Part shown: piece after piece, positions 36,539-45,774 of the stretch
How positions within the stretch are numbered: position 1 is the first letter of the stretch
Layout of the letters: the number at the start of each line of letters is the position of its first letter
Translations under genes and position numbers: made by a program
Notes under the pieces: generated by a model
Database searches by the model: none
The model's input: the letters and a program-made list of their open reading frames with translations, nothing else
Told to the model about the DNA's origin: nothing
IMG/VR virus record: IMGVR_UViG_3300030419_008158
Coordinates: 220,430-284,429 of that record
Reading direction: 5' to 3' (one strand)
Length of the DNA stretch: 64,000 bases

Positions 36539-36823
36539 CTACCCATTTATTTTTTTGTGACCTTCTAAAAGAAGGTCAGAGACTGCGGCTGACCATACAG
36601 CCTTCTTGAAACGACTTTTTCTCATTTTTTGACGTGATGGATGAGATTCAATTTTCTTTTTTGCTCTTCTAAGCAGCTTTCTCCATTTGCGCTTTGCCTT
36701 TCTAGCCTCAGATGGAGACATTTTTCGAAGCTGCTTATCAATATCACACCCAGGTATGATGACGCCCTTTTCAAGGGCGCCCATTGCAATCAAAACATCA
36801 CGATCGAACACGCATAACTCCAA
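36539..36823 (-). CDS. Basic hypothetical protein
   Basis: Lys/Arg-rich ORF. Confidence 0.55.
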   Translation of the reverse strand: MELCVFDRDVLIAMGALEKGVIIPGCDIDKQLRKMSPSEARKAKRKWRKLLRRAKKKIESHPSRQKMRKSRFKKAVWSAAVSDLLLEGHKKING

Positions 36824-36850
36824 GCGTATCTATTGTAACAAAAAACTAGT

Positions 36851-38080
36851 CTACTGCAAGGAAAAGGGAAGGTTTTCACCCTTGTTTCCGCCGGCGGCAA
36901 CCACATCCTTGTAATAACTCCGACAAACTGTTCGGAAATAATCCACACCACCCTCATTTGGGCTGTAGAGTGAATAGAGAGTCTTATAACCTAGGTTACT
37001 ATTGGCTCCGGCATTCGTTGCTTCTACGACCTCACTAACCATATCATATGCCACTGCACGAATCTCTTCTGGCAGCGTAATGAGCATCTTATCCAGCCGA
37101 TCATTCTTGATACAGTTCATCAAGTACTTGTAGCTTAGCTTAGATTTTACCATTTCTCCAATATAAGCGATGTACTTGAACTTGATGCGTCGATCTTTGC
37201 CATCGGCGTCTGGAATAAACGCAACCCAGCCCTCACGATTATGAACATCACGGTCGTTGATCTCTGCTACAAGCTCAGTCAGAGTCATTTCTCGAAACTC
37301 TGGCAATACAAAATACTCGTACAATTCATCGGAGATTGCCTCGAGAACCGGGCGGCCAACCATTTCGCCGCTAGTGTCGTATGCTTCAAGCAAGAACAGC
37401 TTTTTAGCATCACCATAGTCCACATGAACTCGAGTAATGGGATGAACAAACTCACAAACTAAGCTCATCAGATCCTTGCCAAACCGCTTTGAAATGATTT
37501 GTGCCTTCATGAATGTGCTTCGTGCAATCATGTCAAGCGCAGCTTCAGCTGAAGGCGTGCCTAAGCGGCCTCGAGTAGTTGCGCATAGCTTGCGATCATG
37601 CATAAAATACTCGATCATGTGACCGTCTTCTTTAGCAGTGCATGATAACAGCTTCTTACCTGCAGCAGCAGCAAGAACATCCATGCCCGTCTCAGGGATT
37701 TCTGATTGGTTGAAGAACTTCTCAAAACCGCGAGAGACGAGCCTTACGCCTTCTACATTTCCTGGATTTTCCCAGGCGTAAATAAGACCTCGCATTTGTC
37801 GCAAGACAGGAGACCATCCGCCTTCAATCTCGTGCAGCAAGTTGTGTGCTGAAGCTGAATAGTTCAGCAAAATAAGCTTTCGCTCTTCGTCGATGTCAAA
37901 TCCGATAAGAGATCCCGCCTGCAACCCCCATTCCGGATTGACGCCAAGAATCTCACACAACTCGCGATCATAACTCTTTTTGAAAGAAGCCCAATTAGCC
38001 TTCTTATCATCACGGTTAGTCATCTCACGAGTGATGAGTGCAACAAGTTGAGGGATTTGATTGTCCAAGATCTGATTCAT
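36851..38080 (-). CDS. ATP-dependent RNA ligase (T4 Rnl1-like)
   Basis: MRGLI, SRGFEKFFN, KEDG, ATTRG, CEFV, EGWV, IKFK; start MNQIL with GGAG RBS. Confidence 0.8.
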   Translation of the reverse strand: MNQILDNQIPQLVALITREMTNRDDKKANWASFKKSYDRELCEILGVNPEWGLQAGSLIGFDIDEERKLILLNYSASAHNLLHEIEGGWSPVLRQMRGLIYAWENPGNVEGVRLVSRGFEKFFNQSEIPETGMDVLAAAAGKKLLSCTAKEDGHMIEYFMHDRKLCATTRGRLGTPSAEAALDMIARSTFMKAQIISKRFGKDLMSLVCEFVHPITRVHVDYGDAKKLFLLEAYDTSGEMVGRPVLEAISDELYEYFVLPEFREMTLTELVAEINDRDVHNREGWVAFIPDADGKDRRIKFKYIAYIGEMVKSKLSYKYLMNCIKNDRLDKMLITLPEEIRAVAYDMVSEVVEATNAGANSNLGYKTLYSLYSPNEGGVDYFRTVCRSYYKDVVAAGGNKGENLPFSLQ

Positions 38081-38088
38081 GCTTTCTC

Positions 38089-38229
38089 CTAAACGCCCAT
38101 GGCGCACATGCAAACAACTAAAACATACATCATCGGTATGCTGATGATTCCAAAAATAATATCGTTACGAAGCTCACGCTTTCGAATAGTTTCCCACTTT
38201 TCGTTTCGGGGTAGTTTTCGAAAAACCAT
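38089..38229 (-). CDS. Small single-TM protein (46 aa)
   Basis: Below cutoff; AGGAGG RBS; MVFRKLPRNEKW...IIFGIISIPMMYVLVVCMCAMGV. Confidence 0.6.
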   Translation of the reverse strand: MVFRKLPRNEKWETIRKRELRNDIIFGIISIPMMYVLVVCMCAMGV

Positions 38230-38254
38230 AAGTCCTCCTACGTGATATGGTTAT

Positions 38255-38283
38255 ATTATAACACACGGAAAAACTCATTACAC
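38255..38283 (-). promoter_or_regulatory. Promoter GTGTAA-N17-TATAAT
   Basis: Exact motif upstream of the RNA-ligase operon. Confidence 0.7.
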
Positions 38284-38303
38284 GTAAATTGTGTAGATTT
38301 ATT

Positions 38304-38993
38304 CTAGGGTTTTCTAAATACTAGCCTGACTATGTGTATACCGCCAGCGACATAGTATGTTTCATCTTCAGCGTTCGGATCTTCAGAAAGGCAGTGATTG
38401 AATGGGTAAGAAATGTCATCCTCTAAGGAAACTAGCCCACTTTCCTCTATCAAGTTTTTCATGATATCGGGCATTACAAACTCCCCTTCTTCCACATGAT
38501 TGTGAGCATCGCTTGCGCAAATAAAATATCCACCAGGCTTAAGGACTCTATTGATCTCTTTGGCTGCACGAGACAATCCATCGTTTGCTGTGATTTCTGT
38601 CTTGATATCAAAGTGTGTCACTGCACATGCATCAAAAACAAAATCAACAGAATTATCATCAACAGACTTTATAGCACTAAAAAAATCGTCTACAATGCCA
38701 GTTACGCTCTCTTCTCTTTCCATGCACAAAGATGGCAGTTGATTCATGTCGATCAGAATTGCATGCATTCCCTTTTCGATAAAAAATAGTGACAAATGTC
38801 CCGGCCCGCAACCCGCATCAAGCACAACTCCGTCTTCTATCTCCAAATGCTCGGCAGCTTCTAAAATTGTCGACCACTTTAACAAAGCATCTTCTTTTTG
38901 GCCGTGCTCTGTGTTGTTGTAATCTAAGATTCTCTCAAAAAAACTTTCATAAGCTTCAGGATCATCCTTTCTAAGGACTCTATTCATTTTCAT
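38304..38993 (-). CDS. Class I SAM-dependent methyltransferase
   Basis: VLDAGCGPG, RVLKPGG. Confidence 0.85.
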   Translation of the reverse strand: MKMNRVLRKDDPEAYESFFERILDYNNTEHGQKEDALLKWSTILEAAEHLEIEDGVVLDAGCGPGHLSLFFIEKGMHAILIDMNQLPSLCMEREESVTGIVDDFFSAIKSVDDNSVDFVFDACAVTHFDIKTEITANDGLSRAAKEINRVLKPGGYFICASDAHNHVEEGEFVMPDIMKNLIEESGLVSLEDDISYPFNHCLSEDPNAEDETYYVAGGIHIVRLVFRKP

Positions 38994-39043
38994 AAAATTT
39001 TCATCGCTCCAGAATTTTTCATCTTATAAGTATAGCACAAAAC

Positions 39044-39076
39044 AAAAACGGCGCGTGGGTAAAAGCCCACGCGCCG
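39044..39076 (-). terminator. Rho-independent terminator after hsp20
   Basis: CGGCGCGTGGG/CCCACGCGCCG + T5. Confidence 0.85.
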
Positions 39077-39097
39077 CAAGAAAGAACGATTAGGAAA

Positions 39098-39562
39098 CTA
39101 CAAGATCTCAATATTCACCGGTTGTGTCTCGACTTTGCGAGGAACTGTAATTGTGAGCAACCCGTTCTCAAAGGCAGCTGAAGAAGCTGATAGATCGAGG
39201 TTGTTGTCGTAGTTTACATAAGTTTTGGTAAACGCTCTGCGAGCGATTCGACGATTATTGTCCTCAGTGCTTTCAACATTAGAAGACACTGTGATCGAAT
39301 GCTTTTCTGGTTGCACGTCAACTTTTAGATCATCCTTACTGAAGCCTGCAAGGGCAAATTCCATCACGGTCGAGCCGTCTTTGTCAGTAAAGATATCGGC
39401 AACAGGATAACCTGAAACAGTCTTACGCTGAAGCGCGCCTACATCTTGAAAGAAATCGTTGAAAAAGTCGTCAAAAATATTGCCCCCAAGAAGGCTTGGC
39501 AAGCGATTGTAAGCAGCAACGTTGACTGGTTTACGACGAATTACGGAAAGTGTGTTACTCAT
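39098..39562 (-). CDS. Small heat-shock protein Hsp20
   Basis: YPVADI, EFALAGFSKDDL, IARRAF, AFENGLLTI. Confidence 0.9.
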   Translation of the reverse strand: MSNTLSVIRRKPVNVAAYNRLPSLLGGNIFDDFFNDFFQDVGALQRKTVSGYPVADIFTDKDGSTVMEFALAGFSKDDLKVDVQPEKHSITVSSNVESTEDNNRRIARRAFTKTYVNYDNNLDLSASSAAFENGLLTITVPRKVETQPVNIEIL

Positions 39563-39630
39563 GATTTTTCTCCTTTTATAAAGCAAGTTGTAACAATGTG
39601 GGTCGATCCTACACAGCAATCGCCCCACCT
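39563..39630 (-). promoter_or_regulatory. ROSE-like RNA thermometer in the hsp20 5'UTR
   Basis: 5' hairpin GTGGG...CCCAC, then CTTGCT-TTATAAA-AGGAG pairing with the SD. Confidence 0.55.
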
Positions 39631-39634
39631 TCTT

Positions 39635-39663
39635 AATATAATCACAATCTAGTGAATTTACAC
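39635..39663 (-). promoter_or_regulatory. Promoter GTGTAA-N17-TATATT
   Basis: Recurring motif upstream of hsp20. Confidence 0.6.
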
Positions 39664-39678
39664 CCCTAAATTGTTTTT

Positions 39679-39963
39679 TTATCGCTCAACGTAAAAACAG
39701 TCGCGATACTCTTTTTCATCTTCAGAAATTATTATATCTGTGTCGCTATTCAAAATCGGATCTCTAAATCGAACTTTTACCAACGAGTCCCATTCGGAGT
39801 CTATGCCTACAGACAGTATAGATCCTTTGCACAAAATTGAACCTTCTGGGTGTGGAAGGCACTTCTCAATCTTATCGCAAATTGTGGGCATAGTCTTGAT
39901 ATACACATCGTCTCCTGACTTTATTCTGTGTGCGTACCAAATAGGGGTCATCTTCTTGAACAT
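39679..39963 (-). CDS. Hypothetical protein
   Basis: ORF in operon. Confidence 0.55.
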   Translation of the reverse strand: MFKKMTPIWYAHRIKSGDDVYIKTMPTICDKIEKCLPHPEGSILCKGSILSVGIDSEWDSLVKVRFRDPILNSDTDIIISEDEKEYRDCFYVER

Positions 39964-40179
39964 TTATCCTGCCTCGTTTTTTGCTTTTTCAATTTCAATT
40001 AATCGTCTTAGATACCACGAAGCTTTTTCCAAATCTTGTAATCGGCACCCTTTGTAATTGCTTCGAGCGACATACTTTACAATGTTCCCCTCATAAAAGC
40101 CTAGCGACCAATCATCAATTACATCGATCACTTCAATTCTACCAGTATTGTAATGTGTCGGATGATTAACACTTGACAT
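39964..40179 (-). CDS. DUF3310 (SaV-like) phage protein
   Basis: VNHPTHY, GNIVKYVAR, QDLEKASWYL. Confidence 0.9.
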   Translation of the reverse strand: MSSVNHPTHYNTGRIEVIDVIDDWSLGFYEGNIVKYVARSNYKGCRLQDLEKASWYLRRLIEIEKAKNEAG

Positions 40180-40196
40180 TACAAACCCTCCAATTT

Positions 40197-40541
40197 TTAT
40201 CTAGTGAAATCTTTGACTATTACAGACGTGGGAATTCTAGATGCCCTAGACATTCTAGACAGAACATGCTCTGAGTCGGCTGTTGTCAAACAGAAAAAGT
40301 ACGCAGAATCAATATCCTCGTCGGAAATGATTTGTGTAAATTTTTGCCTAAAAGAATTGTCATCTACTTCAACAATTTCAACCCTTAGAGCCATTTCTTC
40401 TTCTGCTATTTTTGCAACTATTTTGTCTCCGCCGCGGCGATTGCTAACTACAATAGTTGACGAAATCGGCAACTCAACGAGATGTTGCCTCACAGTCTCT
40501 GCATCAAGCCAGTGTTGCGATGCCGCAACAAGTGCTCTCAT
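40197..40541 (-). CDS. Possible SLOG/YspA-like protein
   Basis: MRALVAASQHW...RGGDKIVAKIAEE. Confidence 0.45.
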   Translation of the reverse strand: MRALVAASQHWLDAETVRQHLVELPISSTIVVSNRRGGDKIVAKIAEEEMALRVEIVEVDDNSFRQKFTQIISDEDIDSAYFFCLTTADSEHVLSRMSRASRIPTSVIVKDFTR

Positions 40542-40543
40542 TT

Positions 40544-41257
40544 TTACTTCTCCTCTCTTGTATCTTTGTAAGATCTTACAGTTATTGGATAAATTTCTGA
40601 CACTATTTTTAGGATTGCCAGCGCTACTTTTTGTATTTCCCACTGCGCACCAGAGTGAACTCTAAGATCAATGAACTTCAAAATATTGTTTAAGTTTGCA
40701 GATGCATAATATTCAGTGTACATATTTTGCGGCAACACGCCTCTAGCTTGTTCACGACACACACCTCCATCCAGAAGCTTGTTGTAAAGTCGAACACACG
40801 AAGCGTGGTGGCGCTTGACAAGATAGTCAGCTTGATTTCCGCCTGATGCGCTTTTTACGTCTATTAGCGGATTGATGTTTTCACTCGAATTGCTGGCTTG
40901 GCGATTCGACTTATGCTGAGTTCTGAATGACGTGGGCTCATAAAACTCTAGATCAACAGAAGTATATCTTCTACTAATTTCGTTATAAGACCATGTTCGA
41001 TGTCTGTGATGCTGTGACCTTACAAAAAGAGGAACCTTTATGCGAAAAGTTACAATGCAGTGTTCCAGTGTGCTAGTATGCTTGTGATCGACGAGGTATT
41101 TGATTAATTTTTCGTCTTTTTTGTCAATGCTTTCTTTGTGACTACCAAAAGAAACACGAGCACTATTGACCACGGAAAGATCGCTCCCAAGGTAATCAAC
41201 AAGCTCCACAAATCCAATTCCATCATCATAGAGATCGATCTTTCTATTAGCGTTCAT
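40544..41257 (-). CDS. thyX: FAD-dependent thymidylate synthase
   Basis: NSARVS, HTSTLEH, RSQHHRHRTWSYNEISRRY, REQARGVLP, AQWEI. Confidence 0.95.
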   Translation of the reverse strand: MNANRKIDLYDDGIGFVELVDYLGSDLSVVNSARVSFGSHKESIDKKDEKLIKYLVDHKHTSTLEHCIVTFRIKVPLFVRSQHHRHRTWSYNEISRRYTSVDLEFYEPTSFRTQHKSNRQASNSSENINPLIDVKSASGGNQADYLVKRHHASCVRLYNKLLDGGVCREQARGVLPQNMYTEYYASANLNNILKFIDLRVHSGAQWEIQKVALAILKIVSEIYPITVRSYKDTREEK

Positions 41258-41696
41258 CACTAACTTCTCCCACATGTTTTTCTGTCCAGCCAACGACATA
41301 AGAAACAACAGGTGCCAGCCGCGGCGGCATAATATCGTCGAGCTGGTTTACTTCGACCCATCTATACTCGTCATTTTCAGGCTTGCCAAGCTCAGGACTT
41401 ACAGGTAAAAACGGGTCTTTCCTGGATATTCTGTCAGCAAGATAATATGTGGCAGTTTTTTGTTTGGCGCCGGCGCCATATGTGACTGAGGGTGCTTTTA
41501 CGCCTACTAGTGACACATCTGATCCCACTGATAGAGTTGTTTCTTCTCTTAGTTCTCGCGCGGCAGCATCAACAAGTGTCTCTCCCGAATCGAGCTTTCC
41601 CTTTGGAAAATCCCAGTTACTATACGCACGAACACACAATGCTCTGGGGACGTTTCCTGCCCAATCAATGACAACTACTCCTGCACTCTGTATCAT
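41247..41696 (-). CDS. NUDIX hydrolase (Ap4A hydrolase-like)
   Basis: WDFPKGKLDSGE...AARELREET. Confidence 0.9.
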   Translation of the reverse strand: MIQSAGVVVIDWAGNVPRALCVRAYSNWDFPKGKLDSGETLVDAAARELREETTLSVGSDVSLVGVKAPSVTYGAGAKQKTATYYLADRISRKDPFLPVSPELGKPENDEYRWVEVNQLDDIMPPRLAPVVSYVVGWTEKHVGEVSDER

Positions 41697-41716
41697 AAAA
41701 TCCTCCCTGTGACCTT

Positions 41717-41745
41717 ATTATAACACAAGGCGTCATTTAGTACAC
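41717..41745 (-). promoter_or_regulatory. Promoter GTGTAC-N17-TATAAT
   Basis: Recurring motif upstream of the NUDIX-thyX operon. Confidence 0.65.
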
Positions 41746-41751
41746 GAGCTG

Positions 41752-41949
41752 TTATTTTCCTAAAAACTGCCCGGATTTCCATGCAACTGCTAAGTCGACT
41801 AGTGCCTGTGAACCAATGTACACTAATGTGACAGCAACCCAGTCTTCACTGGTGACTACGCCGTACAGTGCCAAGCTTGTTGCTGTGCCCCACGCCAAAA
41901 ATTTTCGACTTATAAATCTTTCTACATGCTTATCTAAAAAAGCTTTCAT
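41752..41949 (-). CDS. Small 2-TM protein, holin-like
   Basis: SRKFLAW followed by two hydrophobic segments. Confidence 0.5.
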   Translation of the reverse strand: MKAFLDKHVERFISRKFLAWGTATSLALYGVVTSEDWVAVTLVYIGSQALVDLAVAWKSGQFLGK

Positions 41950-41969
41950 TATTCTCTCCGTTGTTTGTT

Positions 41970-44900
41970 CTAAATAGACTCGTCTACATCAATTTTTATC
42001 ATTTCATCAGACGCTACAGGCCTTATCATTACAGCGCCCCTTATTGTTTTTGCCTCTGTTTCTTGGTCTTGAGACCTGTTCAATAAACCGCCAAAAGGCT
42101 TGAATCGATCTACGTTTGTCTGTATGTTTGTCGTAGTAGGAGGTCGATACGTAGGGAGAATTGATATTTCAAATGAATCAATGTGACCCGATCCTTTTAG
42201 TCCGGACAGATATTGATGAACTCTACGCCTAAATACTTCTATGACCGCTGAGTTGTTTTTTGCAAAAAGAATCCCTCTAGCAATGTTTCTCACATTTCGT
42301 CTAACTGTTATTAGAAGCCTTCTTATGTTGACTCTGCCAAGAGAGCTTTCTTGATCTAGCATTGTTGACTGCGAAATTACACAAACTCCGCTTAGATTTT
42401 CATCTTCGCCCGCCAACCCTTCTACGTTTGTCATGTCATCAATAATTGGATTAATATTAGCATCGATCAAAAACTGCTTATCGCTGTTGGAAAAAGTAAT
42501 GTCTGCAGAGTTTCCTCCCAACACACGACCTCGTGTATATCCCATGGGAGCTGCGTGAGGGCTAGCTAGATCGTCAGATCTAGCAATAACACCGAGGGCT
42601 GCCACTGTGGGAGGAACTGATTTTATCACTGGCGTCGTGAGATCAAAACCTATTTTTACATCTGGGAAATAGGCAGCCCCAAATGAATTATCAACAGTTC
42701 TATTGACAAACTTTGTGACAGTTTGACTTAAGTCAACAGAGTCGCTCGAGCCTGTGGTCACATATTCAATACCTGAATCATATTGTTCAATGTCAGAAAT
42801 AAACAAACAGTCAAATTTACTTTGAGCTGCTTCGAGGGCTGTGTCTATGACTGCTCTATGCCTAATTCCCGGAACTGCAAACACAGACATATCAGCTTCA
42901 GATTTTTCCTTCAAAATATTGATTGCTGCATTATACGCTGCTGTAGAAGAAGCTGATTTTCCGGAAATATTTGTATCGTATCTCTCTCTATAGATAGAGG
43001 TGTCTGACATTTTTTTGCCTTCTTCATCGAACAAATTTAAACCGTCAAACCCACCCAACATAGGCACACAAAATTTCAAAAACTTTCTACACAAATCGTC
43101 TTTGAGATCCTCAGCTGGATCAATAAACCGAACTTTGTCTGTTGTGTCAGGTGGGTTTGTTCTATAGAGAGAGCTTGGCAGTTTTCCATTTCTTATGTAG
43201 ACAGCAGCAGGCCACTCAGCATAGTCTGGAAGAAGAGCATTTGGGTCTTTTGGAATTGGGTTGCTCGATCCTGTTATTACAGCAATCCTCTCAAGCGTAA
43301 ACATATTGTTGTTGTAGCGGTCAGCGTCTAAAACAGTCCCACCCACATCTGCAGTCCCATGATTGTCACCGACCCATGGATTCTGAAAGGTTGTATGAAA
43401 ACTAGGAAAAAATTCAAGCAAATTCAAAGATGTGTGGTCGCTTTGTTGTGTAAGGACCGGGCCTGCGCTGGGTGTGCCTATCCTTTCATATCTGGTGCCC
43501 CACGGAATATTGTCAGAATTTGTTAAAGATAGAGAACTTACTCCCGGAGCGCCTGTAGAAAGACGATTTCTCATAGGTAGCGGAGGTTGAACAGTGCGAC
43601 GAAGGTCATCTACGCTCGGCATCAGCCCTTCGTAAGTTGCTGCATTTGTCACACCTAGAGATGCCTGCCTACCAAAACTCCCGGTCAGAATGCTTGTGCT
43701 GCTTCCAGAAGTCACCAGATGATGAATTCCTCTGAATCCGGAAGGAACTGCATCTTTCGGAACTCTATCATTAAGGACATCTTTAGAAACTTCAACCCTA
43801 ACCAGCTGTGTCTGCAGCAAAGAATTTCCTACTACAACAGTTTTTCTTCCGCGCACATCTGCATCAAAGTCATAAAAAGAATGTCTATCTCCTACAACAT
43901 TAGAGATAAAATTCAAAGAGCTTGGATTTAGACTACAATTTGCAAACGTATGCAGTGCTGTCTGTGTGTATAGCGGATCAGTGCTCGAGTAAACTTCTAT
44001 GTCAAAAGACGCATATCCGTCCTCGGTTTGTGACCCAGGAACTATATTAGAAACAATAAATTTATAATTTCTTGATCCTTCACCATCAGAAAAGGATCTG
44101 AGCCTGAACAAGTCAAATCTTCGTGACCCTATTTTTTGTGACATTACAAAGGGTGAAAAAGCTCCAGAAAATCTATCTTCAAAATTTTCAAAATTTGGCA
44201 CACCGATGGTATTTTCTGCAGTATTAGTTGCACTTCCTGCATTTCTAGATAGAGAAGAAGTAAGTAACAGCCCTATGGGCTCAGTGCCGTCCCATGTTGA
44301 GCTGCCTAGCGCTAAGGTATCTGTAATAACACCCGATCCCGTGACCACAGCAAACGTATCCGGTATGTCATAGTATGTGTAAAGATAGTGACCAGCTTCT
44401 TGAATTTTGTAAGGATCTCTATTGAAAACGTTGGGAAAATACATACTGTCTGCTTCGCTTTTTCCATTAGGAAGTGAAGCATCAGAAAGACCGGAAACAG
44501 CAAGGTCGTTATAAGACCCTTGCATAGAAAAGGATGCCGTTATAGCACTTGGGTTCTCTGTTGTTGATGTATGGCCATTCAAGACCAAAACAAATGTTGA
44601 TGTTTGCTGTTTCAAACCGTAAACAGACCCAACACCGCTACCACCGTCTAGAGCTGAACCGTCCGCAGCAACACCGTACTCTCCAAATGAGGTCTCTGAC
44701 GGCTCGTTGTAATTAGACAGATGAAGATTTAGAGACAAATTGACCCCAGAAGGTGAAAATAATACTCCTCTTACAATAGGAACAGATTTATTTTCTCCGA
44801 CTGTCTGGAGCCCTGCATCGCTAAAAAATGTTGATCCATTAGATTCTGACATCATTGCGGCTAAAAAATATGCTCTTCCGGGTGGCCCTAACGATCCTGC

Positions 44901-45314
44901 GTATGGATTGGTTCCGACAAGGTTAGTAGCTGTATTTATCAACTCTTGGCCGGCCACAAAACCTGCATTATTTACTCTGCCCTGATTTTCTCCTGACTCT
45001 AGACGGCTTTTACAGTCTCCGGCGCCCAAAGTTCGAAAATAGACAACAGATGTTCCGTTGTTCTTGAAATATCTATCAGCTGCCAGCATGCCATAGTGAT
45101 CATTAGTAAGAGCTTCCGCTGTTGACCCGAAAACCTTTTCAAAATCACCAATAGACGCGATATCAAAAGGAACAAAAGCAGGCCCTTGTACTGCTGTACC
45201 AACTATTGCAGCAGGTGGGGGATTATTTCCAGGTTGGGCCAGCACTGTAGTCGCATTAACTGCCACAGTATTTGAAACGACATCAGGAAATTTTGGTGTT
45301 TTGTTTTTCGACAT
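41970..45314 (-). CDS. Contractile tail sheath protein
   Basis: IVGTAVQGPAFVP...FEKVFG; AAYFPD; APMGYTRG; INPI; RVNIRRLL. Confidence 0.85.
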   Translation of the reverse strand: MSKNKTPKFPDVVSNTVAVNATTVLAQPGNNPPPAAIVGTAVQGPAFVPFDIASIGDFEKVFGSTAEALTNDHYGMLAADRYFKNNGTSVVYFRTLGAGDCKSRLESGENQGRVNNAGFVAGQELINTATNLVGTNPYAGSLGPPGRAYFLAAMMSESNGSTFFSDAGLQTVGENKSVPIVRGVLFSPSGVNLSLNLHLSNYNEPSETSFGEYGVAADGSALDGGSGVGSVYGLKQQTSTFVLVLNGHTSTTENPSAITASFSMQGSYNDLAVSGLSDASLPNGKSEADSMYFPNVFNRDPYKIQEAGHYLYTYYDIPDTFAVVTGSGVITDTLALGSSTWDGTEPIGLLLTSSLSRNAGSATNTAENTIGVPNFENFEDRFSGAFSPFVMSQKIGSRRFDLFRLRSFSDGEGSRNYKFIVSNIVPGSQTEDGYASFDIEVYSSTDPLYTQTALHTFANCSLNPSSLNFISNVVGDRHSFYDFDADVRGRKTVVVGNSLLQTQLVRVEVSKDVLNDRVPKDAVPSGFRGIHHLVTSGSSTSILTGSFGRQASLGVTNAATYEGLMPSVDDLRRTVQPPLPMRNRLSTGAPGVSSLSLTNSDNIPWGTRYERIGTPSAGPVLTQQSDHTSLNLLEFFPSFHTTFQNPWVGDNHGTADVGGTVLDADRYNNNMFTLERIAVITGSSNPIPKDPNALLPDYAEWPAAVYIRNGKLPSSLYRTNPPDTTDKVRFIDPAEDLKDDLCRKFLKFCVPMLGGFDGLNLFDEEGKKMSDTSIYRERYDTNISGKSASSTAAYNAAINILKEKSEADMSVFAVPGIRHRAVIDTALEAAQSKFDCLFISDIEQYDSGIEYVTTGSSDSVDLSQTVTKFVNRTVDNSFGAAYFPDVKIGFDLTTPVIKSVPPTVAALGVIARSDDLASPHAAPMGYTRGRVLGGNSADITFSNSDKQFLIDANINPIIDDMTNVEGLAGEDENLSGVCVISQSTMLDQESSLGRVNIRRLLITVRRNVRNIARGILFAKNNSAVIEVFRRRVHQYLSGLKGSGHIDSFEISILPTYRPPTTTNIQTNVDRFKPFGGLLNRSQDQETEAKTIRGAVMIRPVASDEMIKIDVDESI

Positions 45315-45337
45315 AAGCGAGCACCCTCAATCTAGAT

Positions 45338-45345
45338 TAAATATC
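45338..45345 (-). promoter_or_regulatory. Putative late promoter (GATATTTA) upstream of the sheath gene
   Basis: Recurring motif 23 nt upstream of the ATG. Confidence 0.6.
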
Positions 45346-45368
45346 TTAATGCTTCGCTACCTCCAGCT

Positions 45369-45773
45369 CTACTGACATGCGACTGTCAACATTTCATAAA
45401 CAGCCTTCCTTAGCACGTTGTCACTGTCGGTGTCAAGTACATCGCCCACCTCGAGCGCCAGTTCATCACACGTACCTAATGGGAGCTCCAGCACACTATG
45501 GACGTCATTGTCACATTGACTGTGTCCCGTGTGTGGATGCATCCGATCCTTTTTAAGTATGACTCCACCGGCGTCGAGGTAGAGGATATCAAGCGGAATA
45601 TGTGTGTTCCGCATATGAAATCTTGCAGGCCCTCCGGGCATCTTGAAAAGCATTCCAGTTCCGTCTGGCATATACTTTCGCCCACTAAGTCCCACAGCTC
45701 TTTCTTTAGGAGTTTCTGCTATCTCAACAGTAAATGGATAACCATGTATTTCGATTTGCTCGGTGTTCAACAT
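45369..45773 (-). CDS. DUF192 family protein
   Basis: VEIAETP.ER..GLSGR, GMLF, MRNTHIPLD, VLELP.G. Confidence 0.85.
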   Translation of the reverse strand: MLNTEQIEIHGYPFTVEIAETPKERAVGLSGRKYMPDGTGMLFKMPGGPARFHMRNTHIPLDILYLDAGGVILKKDRMHPHTGHSQCDNDVHSVLELPLGTCDELALEVGDVLDTDSDNVLRKAVYEMLTVACQ

Positions 45774-45774
45774 A

